Origin: Paraspadella gotoi
Taxonomy: Eukaryota > Animalia > Chaetognatha
Direction of reading: 5' to 3'
Assembly: GCA_051294375.1 (NCBI GenBank)
Contig: CM119267.1
Coordinates: 25,245,783-25,309,782, forward strand
DNA: 64,000 bases
Part shown: positions 44,759 to 57,053 of the stretch, piece after piece
Numbering within the stretch: position 1 is the first letter of the stretch
Layout of the letters: each line of letters opens with the position of its first letter
Position numbers and translations under genes: made by a program
Notes under the pieces: generated by a model
The model's database searches: none
Told to the model about the DNA's origin: nothing
What the model saw: only the letters and a program-made list of their open reading frames with translations

Positions 44759-46391
44759 GTTTTAAAAAAATCCAGCTTCTTTTTTTAAAACCCTTAACAT
44801 TCAAGTAATCGTGTACTTTTTTTTTTAGAAATATATTTTCTTGCATGAAACCCTGACCTCATAAAGTCATATTCTGATTGTCTTAATGTGTTGGGCGTAT
44901 CATTCTTCAATCTTCATCTAGAATTATGACCTTCATTAATCATTCGTTGCCTCATAATCGTTAGTAATAAATTAGTGTTGTAAAAAAACTGGTATTTAAA
45001 TCAAAAGAAAAAAATGTTAATACTTTTACAAAAAATTTCTTTTAAAAACTATTTAAAAAAACAACAAAATTAGGACCCCTGAATGTCTGGACAATTTTAA
45101 CTTTCTTTAAATGAGATAGTAGATAAGTAATATCTACCGTTGTTGCTTCCCTTTTCTGTTGGAGCGGTTGCAAGTTTTATTTATTCCAGAAGGATCTCCG
45201 ATTAATTTAATGACTCCGTTTAAACAAATCGTCTTCGTCTTGGGAGGCCTTATGCTTTAATATTTTTAAAAGTTTTTTTTTTTTTTTTTTTTTTTTTTTT
45301 GCGAAAATTAAAAGATAAGACGATTTTTCGTTAAGGTCGATTTTTTTTCACCTATTGGCTTTTTTCTCGTACATATTTCAACTTAATATTAATTAGACAT
45401 TTTATAGTTATTACCGTTATTTTTCGTGTATTCAATCCTCCGGATTGAGAGAATAACATTTTTGTTTTGCGTTTTTCTCATCCGTGCATGATATCATGAC
45501 AATTAATAATTAAATACTTTTTTTATTATTGTATAGTTGATTCCCGTGGTCAAAATGAAAGGACTTTTAACTCATTTCGAAAATTTACCGGATTCACCGA
45601 TTCTACGATTCCCCCCCCCCTTCCCCCCCTTCCCCCCCTCCCTTTCAATTTCTCCGCTCGTCTTCGTCTCTCCCTCCTTCGCTGAACGACATTATTAAAT
45701 TATTAAATTCCTTCACTTATCTTTAAAACTCGATCCCCGACCCGGAACAAGAAAGTATTAAGGTTGTTTTTTTGCACTCGCTTGTAAAAACATCCTGATC
45801 CTTCACTCAGTTATTTACATATCACAACTGACAGTTTATGTCATTTGCTGATAACGTTTAATATGTTCTCGAAAAATCCTTTTAAAGGAGCGAGCGGAAG
45901 CCGAAAGTTTTTTAGTTGTGACTCGGGAGTTTATTCATTCTTTCATTCTACTGAAAAAAGTTCGACGGATTATGAGAAAAATATTAAATAAATTTATAAC
46001 TGAAAAGACCATCGATGAAATCTATTTAATAAGATAATACCCTCTTGATAAAATATTTTTAAACCAAATTGGGTGAGTGAAAAATTTTGGGGATATTTTT
46101 CTTATTTTGATGAACTTTCTTTCGATTTTTATGTAAAATCCTTTTTTTTTTTTCAGCTAAAAAAAAATCTCCTTTTACTCAAACCAAAGCAACGAACCAA
46201 CATATCCCTCTGTACTTTCGATTTTGTTACGTAGCTCGTTACGTAAGCCTGAATTTCTAGCTTCTCTTTATTCCAAAGAACTTTGACCGCCATTCCGATC
46301 AAAGAAACGCTTAATCTCAAACGTTCTTCTCAAAAATATTTATCCAAAGTAATAAAACCAAATTGAAAATACAAACCCCCCAAAAAAAAGA

Positions 46392-49300
46392 ATGGACAGC
46401 GGACTTCCGGTTAAGGACGTGGGCCTCGCCGTCGACACGGGCCTCGCCTACAGCGAAGATGATTATAAAGGCCATCGAGCCGCCGCCATTTACGTCGGGT
46501 TTCAGGTAATTGACTCGTCTTGGGTTCACGCTCACTTTCCCTGCCCACGTGAGAATTTAATCGCAAAGCCTCTTTCCAACCCAGGTTCCCGTGTCGGACG
46601 CCGTTTCTTCGACGGCGGCCTCGTCCGGCCATCATGGTGCATCTTCCGGCAACAACTCGCCGAGTTTGACGGAACGCCCGTCGCATCACCGGAGTCACCA
46701 TCGTCACCGTCACCATCACAAGCGTCACCCCGGCGGCGTCAAATCCCGTCCCGACCCTGACGCCGAAACGGAGCCTCTTCCCTCCCAACGCGTTCAGTTC
46801 CTTTTGGGTGAGTTGGTCCTTGAAAAAGGAGGACGAGGGGCGCACGTCTACAAATCCAATTGGATACGAGTAAAGCATAAACATCTATCGAGATAGTGTT
46901 AGATTAATTGGATTAATTTTTGTCTGTTGTGCTTCCTGACTTCGATCAAATTCCCGGCTTGCTTTCCCCCCCCCCCAAGGTGGTGATGACGACGACGAAG
47001 AGCATTGTCCCCATCAACTCTTTTCTGAGATGGACGAGTTGCGCGTCGACGTCGACGGGGAAGTCGGTTGGAAAGAGACGGCCCGTTGGGTCAAGTACGA
47101 GGAGGACGTCGACGAAGGAGGCGAGAGGTTATTAATTAATTAGTTTAATTAAGAGTCCGTATTACAATTTTACTGAACACCTTATCCTAGTTGCTTAGTT
47201 GATTATTGTGTAATTCATCCACTTTTTTTTTCAGATGGTCCAAGCCCCACGTGGCAACACTTTCGCTCCACTCTTTGCTGGAGCTGAGAAATTGCTTGAC
47301 CAAGCAGTCCGTCATCCTCGACGCGGACGCGGCCACCATGGAGGGCGTGGCCAACTTGATCGTGGAGCAGCCCCATTGCAAGTTCTTGACAGAGGAGCAA
47401 AAGGGGAAAGTGATCGATCACCTGGTGAATTTGCGCCACCATCACCTGCACGACAAGAAGCCGACAAAGGGACCCAACTCTTCCTTTCCTGTCATCCGTT
47501 CGCTGGCGGAAATCGGGAAGAAGTCGTCGCTCGCCGCCGGCGTCCACCCATCGGCCACTGCTCCGAATCTTCAGGCCCACAAGTCCGCCTCCGCCTCGAA
47601 CGGTAACGGCGGCGGCGGCGGCGGAGGTGACCCATCGCTGAAAATTCGCAGCAGTTCTCAGACGAACGTGGACGCCGCCGTCGATGACGCCGGGCGAAAG
47701 GGTGTGCCGACGACGCCGCCCGCCGCTCGCTCCTTTGCCGTCGCTATGCTCGACGAAAAGTAATTTTTTTTTTTGGGAAGCGTTATAATTAACAATTTAA
47801 CTAAACAAAAATGAAGTTGTCGAGGTTACGAAATCCAATTCTTAATATTCCTGTGGGGTGTGGGCCTTTCACTTTTTCACATCCTCGATCGTAGGAAGGA
47901 ATCGTCTTCGGCCCAAAACGTTTCCAAATCGGCATCCAAGGAGAAGATCGTGGCCAACCCGTCCAGTTTCGGTTCGATCAAGGACCTCATCCACAAGTCC
48001 GAGTCGACGGGCAAGTTTAACAAATCCTTTATGCGAAAAATCCCTCCCGGTGCCGAGGCCCACAACGTCCTCGTCGGAGAGGTCGACTTTCTGGCTCCGG
48101 AGCAGCAAATCACCGCCTTCGTCCGCTTAGCTAAAGCCACGCACTTTGGCGACCTAACTGAAGTCCCGATTCCTACCAGGTTGGCTAACAAGAATTGATA
48201 AATGATCATTGAGCATTATTTAATAATGACATGAAACATTTTCTATTTCCAGGTTTTTCTTTATCCTCCTCGGCGCCAAACAAGGTGGCGGGAACTCTCA
48301 GCGCTACCACGAGATCGGGCGCAGCATCGCGACGCTCATGTCGGACGAGCTTTTCCACGAAGTCGCCTACAAAGCGAAGAACCGCGCGGACCTCATCTCT
48401 GGCATCGACGAGTTTCTGGACGAAGTGACCGTCCTACCTCCAGGAGAATGGGACCCCTCCATCCGCATCGAGCCCCCGCCCTCGGTCCCGTCCCAAAAGG
48501 AGCGCATCTCGTCCAAGCTCACTTCCGCCGGTCTCGTCGCCAACGGAGACAAGAAATGCGGCGGAGGCGGCTTTGGCGGCGGGAACGGCGGGAACGGCGG
48601 CGGCGTTGATGCTGGCGGATCGCCCTCTTCTCAACGAGGAGATGAGGCGAGCTCTTTCGATGGATGGGCCTCCATGGGCCTCGTCCGCACGGGTCGCATC
48701 TTCGGTGGACTCGTCAATGACGTTAAGCGAAAGGCGCCTCACTACCTGAGCGATTTTAGGGTAAAGAGAAACTGTTAAGACAGATTTGTCACGTAATGTT
48801 CCTGTAAAGTTACGACTATAATCGGGAAATGTAATATCCATATCATATCACATGATCATTTGCAATTGTAAAATAACAAAATGAAGTTTATGTCCAACAA
48901 TCCTTAGTGCAATAGAATGGACACTTATCTGTACCTAATTAAATCCAATTATATGCAAATGAGGTTTCTGTACCCGGTCCACATCAAAAATGTTTCATCA
49001 ATTTTTCCAGGACGGCCTCTCCATCCAATGCGTCGCCTCCTTCTTCTACCTCTACTTCGCCTGCCTCACGCCTATCGTCACATTCGGTGGCCTCTTGAGC
49101 GACGCCACCGGCAGAAATATGGGCGCCATCGAGTCGCTCCTCTCTGGCGTCATCTGCGGCGTATCTTATCACCTCCTGTCCGGCCAACCCTTGACCGTCC
49201 TTGGCAGCACGGGTCCAGTGCTCGTCTTCGAATCCATCACATTCCAGGTGGGCGCGTTTGTTTCTGTTATGTTAGAAACAGTTTAAAGACGACATTGGCT

Positions 49301-52300
49301 TTCAGTTTTGCGAGACCTACGGACTCGACTACATGTCCTTCCGCCTCTGGATCGGCGTCTGGACTTCTTTGCTTCTTTTCATTATGGTGGCCTTCGATCT
49401 TTCCTTCCTCGTCTGCTACATCACCCGCTTTACCGAGGAGTCCTTCGCGACGCTGATCGCCCTCATCTTCATCCAAAAGGCCTTTTCTAAACTCTTTCAC
49501 ATCCGGGAAGTTTATCCTGTCCGATTCCACGCCGACGAGCCCCTTTTGCCTTACGATCGAAACGCCGTCCATTGTGAGTGTTTGCCGACCAACGAGTCGT
49601 ATTCTGCGGCGATGTCGGACGCCACCCTCCTCAGCGCCTCCGCGGCGAAGACAAACTCGACCCTCTGGACTAACGCGTCCGCAGCAGCCGATGATTTTTT
49701 CGCCCGCTACTCCAATATCTCCGTCTACGCCTGCGAGCACGAACTCAAGGGGAGGGTGGAGCCCGAAGTCTGTTCCTTCGTCCCCGACGTTTTCTTTTTC
49801 TCCCTCATCCTCTTCTTCGGCACCTTCGCCTTAGCCTTCGCCTTCAAGCATTTCCGCAACACGGGGTTTTTCCCCACGCGCGTACGCGTCATCTCCTCCG
49901 ACTTCGCAGTCATCATCTCCATCGTCGTCTTCGTCGTCATCGATTATTCTCTCTCCCTCGCCACGCCCAAGCTCGAGGTGCCCGTCGAGTTTCACCCGAC
50001 CAATTGGCAGGAGCGCGACTGGGCCATCGATCCTTTCAAGAACAACAACTGGTGGGGGAGAATTTGGTTTTTATATTAGGGAAGCCAGGCACTCTGGGAG
50101 TGAATAAACGAGACTGTGTCTCTTTGTCTCCTTTAACCTTACCATGATGGAAAAAAAAAGTGTCGTGGTTTGGAAAAGCCAGTTAATTTTATTGTCAAAT
50201 ATATTTTTTGGCTACTAAATAAGTTTTAATAGGTAATATGACCTTCCTAAGACTGAATAAAATGATTATTTCTTAACAGTATTAAATTATTCAATGCATT
50301 CAAATACTTCCAAAAAAGGTTGTCTCTAACTGTTTTCACTTCTTTTTTATTAAGAGAACTACTTATATTAATGTTAAAATTATATATCTGATATAATATT
50401 TTTTATTAGATTTTGGACAAAAAATGATCCTTAGCAAACAGTGAAAAAGATTGATCCTCTATAAAGTAAACCAAGTTTGAGTTATTGCTGCATAATGTGA
50501 TAATTCATTGTCTTTCACTTCAACAAAATCTTTATTTTTGGATTTGTTTGATACTTGATTCTGATAATACTTCCAAAGGTAAATAAATTGCTTACAGAAA
50601 GCTTAACCGGCACCTTAAAACTTTAAAAATAATATTCTGTAACATTTACAGCATTAATGTATTTTTAATATTGTTCTTTTTTTGATATATGAATTAAGAT
50701 TCATCTTTGAATCTATCCTGATGGAAATAATGCAATAACCGTTTGACATGAGAGAAAAAAAACCAAGGATTTTTAATAGTATTGGTTAAACTCAAAAAGT
50801 AATAAAAAAGAACCGGAAATGAATATAAATAAAAAGCATAGATATATAAAAGATTAAAATGAAGGAAGCCTTTTTCACAACACATTTTCTTTTACATGGA
50901 ACTTCTAGATTTTCTTGTCATACATAAATGAAACAGCCTATATAAATCATAAAAGGCCAAAGTTTTTTTATATTTAAATTTTATTTTTAGATTCTTATTT
51001 TAAAATGCCGAAAAATAACTGGAAAGTAACCGCGACACTTTTTTTTCCATCATGGTACTTTGGGAGTGAATGAACGAGTCTTGATAGGGATCTGCTATGT
51101 CATTATCTTTTAAGAGTGATGGAAGCCTTTAACCACCAACGCCAGTCCAAAGTCAAGGGCTAGATGGTTTATTTATTAAATGAATGGATAATTTTTATAT
51201 TGGTTGTACCAATTTCTTTAATCAATTCTAAGATTTATTTCTTCTTTCGTCCAGGTGGATCCCCGCGGCGATCGTTCCCGCCGTCCTGGCAACCATCCTC
51301 ATCTTCATGGATCAGCAGATCACTGCAGTCATCGTCAACCGACGGGAGCACTTGTTGAAGAAGGGTTGCGGCTACCACTTGGATCTGCTCATCGTGGCCG
51401 CGCTCATTTTGATCAACGCCTTCTTCGGTCTCCCATGGTTCGTTGCGGCCACCGTCCTTTCCATCACCCACGTCCAGTCTCTCCGCGTCGACTCTGAATG
51501 CGCGGCACCGGGAGAGAAGCCCAAGTTTCTCGGCGTGAGGGAAAACCGCCTCACTGGCGTCCTCATCTTCGCCTTCATCGGCTTCTCGGTGCTCATGGCG
51601 CCCGTGCTCAAGCTAATCCCCATGCCCGTCCTCTACGGGGTCTTTCTCTACATGGGCGTGTCTTCCCTCAAGGGCATTCAGCTCATCGACAGATTGCTGC
51701 TCCCGTTGATGCCCAACAAATATCAACCAGACTACATGTACCTCCGACACGTGCGGACCAAGCGCGTCCACTTTTTCACGTTTTTCCAAGTGCTCTGCCT
51801 GGCGCTTCTTTGGGTGGTCAAGAGCTTCGAGGAGACGTCGATCCTCTTCCCCATCATGATCCTCGCCCTCGTGGGGGTGAGAAAGCTGTTGGAGCTTGTC
51901 TTCACCAAGCACGAGTTGGCCGAGCTCGACGACATCATGCCCGAGTTCCATCGAAAGGAAGAAGCGGAGAAGCTCGTGTCCGACGAGGAGAAGGACGAGG
52001 CCGAGCATCGGCCCAAGGACGAGGAGACGCCGTCGGACAAGACCGTCAACGAGTGCGAGAAACCCTTCCTCAAGACCAACTCCTCCTCAATCAACATCAC
52101 GGACGAAATTTGCAAGACGTCCAACTGGAAATCGCTCGCGGAGAAGGACGAGGGAAGTCAAAAGAAGCACAGGAATCACGGCGGTCACCACCACCACCAC
52201 CATCATCACCACCACCACCACCATTCCAAGAATCGGAAGAACGGTTCCACGCACAAGGTTCCCTTGGAGCCCAAGGAAGAGCGAAAGCCTTCGGTCCAAG

Positions 52301-52344
52301 AGGAGCAGGAGGATTTTCCCAACATGATCCAATTCAAAGCTTGA
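46392..52344 (+). CDS. SLC4 Na+-coupled bicarbonate transporter (SLC4A7/8/10-like), multi-exon
   Basis: [117 protein letters not shown]. Confidence 0.95.
50142..51055. mobile_element. TA-flanked MITE (Tc1/mariner/pogo-like) in an SLC4 intron
   Basis: TIR CCATGATGGAAAAAAAAAGTGTCGTGGTT ... AACCGCGACACTTTTTTTTCCATCATGG, with TA on both sides. Confidence 0.8.
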
Positions 52345-54080
52345 TTCCTTTATTATTTTTTTTATTTGGCACAAACATTGCATGCATACATAAACTTTTT
52401 TTTTATATATATATATAAATTCTCGCACTTTTCGATTTTTTTTTTTTTTTTTTTTTTTATACATTTAGTTAAAATGTTAAAATGTGCTCTTAAAGTCGGA
52501 CCAAATAAGAAGCTCAAACCTAAAGGAAATATTTTCAATTTTTCTACTTATAATATCATCAACTGATATGAACGTTGATGATATGAAATATACGGCTAAT
52601 GTGTAGTTGGTCTGATTTTAACAAAAATTATGATAATTGTTTTACAATGTGATGCCGCCGAGAGTTGAGTTTTTGTTTAGTGACCTAACGGAACAGTAAT
52701 CGTAAATACATATACATATCTGTGATTTATTAAGATTGATATATGAAGAGGGGGCGATTTCGGCAAGCGCGCTCCGCCGTCTCAGAAAATGCAAAGAAAC
52801 ACTAGTTTGATTAGTCCGAATATTGGACGGCCAACTGTGATCTTTTTGGCTTTTTCGTATAAATGCATTTTGGATGAATCTTAAATAATCACCGAAAAAT
52901 TTTTACTCGTATATTCAATAATAATTAATTGAAATTAATTATTGAAGAAATGGATGCATAAAAAAGTAAATAGTGAAATATCAAGAACACTTCACCATAC
53001 CCTTACTAATTTATTTTGTATAATAAAGTTCTAAAATTATTTTTACATAGAGACATTCAATGAGCATAATATTCTATTCCATTTATTTTGATCATGCCGT
53101 TTCTGAATTTGTAAAAATAGATTTAGTTTCAAAACGTGTCTTTCCGCCGACCTGTTTGTCATTTAGACAATTGGCCTTAAAAACCTCTTTCGATGGCCAC
53201 TGCCATCCATTTAATTTACTCAGTTACTAATAATTTATTTTAGATGCTTTACATCTCAAACCGACTCGTCATCCAAAGCTTTTTTGAGAACCAACGTATT
53301 ATTATGCTTGTAATTTTATAATTTTAGAAATTTTTCAAATGTCTTATAGTCATATACTAAAACTTAAAATGACCAACTAACTCGCGCATTTTCCGGTTCC
53401 TTTTAAAGCTTCATATTTAAAAGAATTTTTACATGGATCATCGGCTGGCTTAATAACGTTGTTAAGTTCATTTCTTCTTGGATGAGTCTATAGTTTGTTT
53501 TAGTTAAAATCATCGTACTTAAATTTAGTTAGCTGTTAAAATGAATACAAACGCGCCGCATTTGTCAATGTCTTTTCTGCAAATATAAAATCTGCTATTT
53601 ATGAACAGATTGGGCCGATAATATTAAACCTTAACGCGTTTATATCCGTACCTTTCCAGGTTTCATTTTAATTAATCGCTCACAGATTTATAAACATTTT
53701 CGATTCGTGATAACAGGAGAAAATTCATTGAACAAATAATAACTACTCAATTCAATATTGTGCCATTAATATTATTTACAAGTAAATTACAGAATATTTG
53801 AATAATCGGATCAAAATTCAAAATTCTAAGTGGCAGGGGAGGAATCAATAAATTACCTGAGTTTGTCAGTGGTCAGTCTGGTCATTGATCAATCTAACAA
53901 TCTATTAATAACGTTTCGTTTGACCGTCAACGACGGATCGGTTTAGTGTGGATTTTTAGTTTAGTCAGATTTTGAGTTCGCTAAGTATTTTCTGTAAGTA
54001 TTTACTTTTGAGCATTATCACCATAAACCGATTTTGACTCAATAACTAAAGTGCATCTTTTCCGAATCTGAATTCGAAAA

Positions 54081-54671
54081 ATGCGTCTTCTCTCCATCCG
54101 CTGCATCGTAAATTCCCGGTCATCGTCCGTTTCCTTTTTTCAATTGACCCGCGGTTTTTGCTTGTCGACGCCGTCCTCCGGCCTTCCACGCGTCTTCTTC
54201 GATGTCCGCACGGATAAAGGACCTCTCGGCCGCATCCTCATCGAGCTCCGGTCCGACATGACGCCGAAAACTGCCGAGAATTTCCGGCAACTCTGCACCG
54301 GCGAGGCGGGGTTCAGCTATAAAAACTCGGCTTTCCATCGCGTCATCCCTGGCTTCATGTGTCAAGGAGGCGACGTGACACGAGGCGACGGTTCCGGCGG
54401 CCAGAGCATCTACGGCGCCAAGTTCGCCGACGAGAACTTCAAACTGAAGCACACGGGGGCCGGGGTGCTCTCCATGGCCAACTCTGGTCCCAACACCAAC
54501 TCTAGTCAGTTCTTTATCTGCACCGCCGCGACCAAGTTTCTCGACGGGAAGCACGTCGTCTTCGGCGCCGTCGTCGGCGGAATGGACGTCGTCAAAAAGG
54601 TCGAGGCTCTCGGAAGTAAAAGCGGAAAGACGAGTCGAAGGGTCTTCATCGCCGATTGTGGCGCGGCTTAG
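54081..54671 (+). CDS. PPIF: Cyclophilin-type PPIase with mitochondrial presequence (CypD-like), intronless
   Basis: Arg/Ser-rich N-terminus, [56 protein letters not shown]. Confidence 0.9.
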   Translation: MRLLSIRCIVNSRSSSVSFFQLTRGFCLSTPSSGLPRVFFDVRTDKGPLGRILIELRSDMTPKTAENFRQLCTGEAGFSYKNSAFHRVIPGFMCQGGDVTRGDGSGGQSIYGAKFADENFKLKHTGAGVLSMANSGPNTNSSQFFICTAATKFLDGKHVVFGAVVGGMDVVKKVEALGSKSGKTSRRVFIADCGAA

Positions 54672-54998
54672 CCCGGTGGGTTAAAGTGGTCAACACCCCT
54701 GCTGGCAGTGACTTGGAAAGGAGATGTGGTGCCAGAACCATTAGTTTGTTCCATGTTGAATAACAAACTGATGAATGATGAATGCATAATGAACATCGAA
54801 CGGACAGCAAGCCAATTCGTAGCAATCCGGTGAACAGTGACCTGAGGTGATTGTCAGCGCGACTTAAACGTTTTTTTGACTGATTTTGTTAACTGATATT
54901 AAAAAAAAAAAATATTAAGTATTTTACATGTTTCATTTTTAAGGAAAGAAATGAATTGATTCGGGTCGACTGTTTTCGTTTACGCACCGACGAAAATC

Positions 54999-56840
54999 AT
55001 GACGTCCGCCATGTCGCCATCTTTGTTTCCCGACGGTGACGATGACCTCGCTGACTTGTCTTTGATGATGGAGGCGTTCGCCGAAGCCTGGGTCGTTTCT
55101 AACCCTTCCTCCACCTTCCTTTCTGACGTTGACGACGAGGGCGCTCATTTTTCTGAAAACCGAGAAGTCGGTAAAGATTCGCCCAGCGCTGAAATGGACG
55201 ACGTTATCAAAGATAAAGCGATTGTGGATGAAAATAATTGTTCGACAGAGGCAACATCAAATTCTCAGATCGAAAGCAATACCATAAACGAGGCCCAACT
55301 TCAAAATTCTGACCGGCCATTGGAGGCCAATGGAGAACTGTCATGTCCTTTAATCAACTCGCTCAATCCTTCGTCCATTTCTAAAGGGCAGGATACGGTC
55401 GACCTCATTGTGCCTCCATCATCTCCCGATCTCTCACAACCAAGAGACTTTTCCGTAGAGTGCGAGATCGAAGACGCGACTCGATCGCCGATCCCCTGGC
55501 GTCGCCGTCTAATCTTGGGAAGTTGGATCAAGGCTAAAGACTTGGCCCAATTTGTTCTTTTGAAGGCGGGACGAATCGGGTCTAAGGCCGACGTGCCGAG
55601 GACCCGAGTCTTTCTCTCCATTCCACCCTGGCAACCGTTGGATCTGAGAGCGCTCGTCAAGAATTTGCTCGTGAGCGTCGGCGAGTTTTTAAAGCCACTG
55701 AAGGACGCCGAGCAAGTGACGATTAAGGTTAATATGAGAGAAGGAGAGAGAGTTTGATCGCTTGTATATTGACGAATGATTTGGCTATTTATTTTTAGTC
55801 GGCTAGACGTAAATTAATATGACACTTTGCGCTATCTGTCTGTCTGTTCTTCCTGGTTTGTTTTAAACTGGATGTGCCTCACTGCCTATCTCTGAGCCTG
55901 CGAGTCCCTTTGCCTTGCATCAGGTCGTCGTGGACGAGTGGCGGCGCAAAGATCTCCTCTTCAAGTGGAACGACGAAGCTGTGCGCACGACTCTGACGGC
56001 CTTATTGAGGCACTACTCTCAAAAGCGGTTGGCCGCCCTTTGTCCTTTGTCGCAGTCTTATATCTCCACCATCGTCGCCAGTTCCGCCGCCGAATCTAAA
56101 TCTCGAATTCAAATTTCCGAATCCAAATGCGCCGAGTTTGGAATTTGGTTCGAACAATTCACGAAAAGAGTCATTTCCTCCGCCGCCGCTTCTGCAGCCG
56201 CCGCTGTCCCCGCGACCGCCTCAGCCGCTGCCGTCGCGAAGGGAGAGTGCGGACCTGATCAACGCCCCATTCAGGCAGGGCGAGGGAAATATTGGGTTTA
56301 ATTTGGGCTAATAGTAACTTTATCTTATGAAATAAATTGGTGGAAAAAGGATGATGATATTGTGGCGAATCCTAAATTAGCCTACCGTAGTTCACCAACC
56401 GTGAGTCCGGGTTCAATCCCCTCACGGTACCGCTGGTTAAGTGTGATGTGGTGTCGGCATAAACACGCCAGTGACATGGGGTGGTTACTGCAGGTCCAAA
56501 GCCCTGAGCGCCAGCTTTCGGGATACGCCTCACACCCCGGGAATCACACATTTCTCCCCGTTTGCTAGCTAATACTTATCATTGCCCCATTCATTGAACC
56601 CCGCGTCCTAGATCTCTTTCCACGCCGACCACGAACTCCCGCAGCTCAAGCGTTGGTTCGCCGATCACCCGGTGCCGACGGAGGCGGAGTTCGCTTCCTT
56701 CGCCTCCGCCCTCAACGGAGGCGCTTGGCGGCAGCGGAGCGATCGCGTCCGGGTGACCGAAGACAAGTTGAGGAACTGGTGGAAAAACGAGCGAGCGAGG
56801 ATGAGGAGGAGCGAGAGGAGGAAGAGGAAAGTGGATGAGT

Positions 56841-56842
<2 letters not shown>
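54999..56842 (+). CDS. SATB/Compass(dve)-like homeobox protein (ULD-CUTL-homeodomain); exons 54999-55727, 55924-56274 or 56295, 56612-56842
   Basis: CUTL WNDEAVRTTLTALL...CPLSQSYISTIV...KCAEFGIWF (cf. SATB1 CPLSQSMISSIV...KCQEFGRWY); ULD-like ...WQPLDL; dve-type homeodomain ISFHADHELPQLKRWFADHPVP...RNWWKNERAR, not captured by the ORF track. Confidence 0.85.
56432..56515 (+). ncRNA. Type-P5 twister ribozyme-like RNA, sense orientation, in SATB-like intron 2
   Basis: GCTGGT-taa-GTGT-GA-TGTG-gtgtcggca-T^AA-ACAC-GC-CAGTGAC..GTTACTG-CAGG-TCCA-AA-GC-CCTG-agc-GCCAGC; helices covary with the 35640-35720 copy. Confidence 0.7.

Positions 56843-56882
<40 letters not shown>
56843..56882. repeat. (GA)n microsatellite directly after the stop codon
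   Basis: Visible repeat; similar (CT)n/(GA)n tracts at ~25048-25070 and ~35555-35575. Confidence 0.9.
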
Positions 56883-56884
<2 letters not shown>

Positions 56885-57053
56885 TGAATCTCGTTAGTTT
56901 AATTGTTGTTAGTTTTTTTTTTTCATATTTCAGTAACATTCATCTTTTAATTTATAATTTGCCAATTGCCATATTCATTCATTCATTCATTCATTCATTC
57001 ATTATTCTTTTAAGTTTTTACTGTTTTCACTTGAGTTGAAAGCGACCGCTAGA

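Noticed and set aside
54672-54790. GC-balanced segment and hairpin (CATTAGTTTGTT..AACAAACTGATG) after the cyclophilin stop
   Set aside because: No complete ribozyme, SECIS or snoRNA motif set could be assembled, and the hairpin is too short for a pre-miRNA call.
56398-56428. GGGTTCAATCCC tRNA T-loop/B-box-like hairpin
   Set aside because: No cloverleaf or A-box; it is part of the twister-bearing insert, not a tRNA gene.
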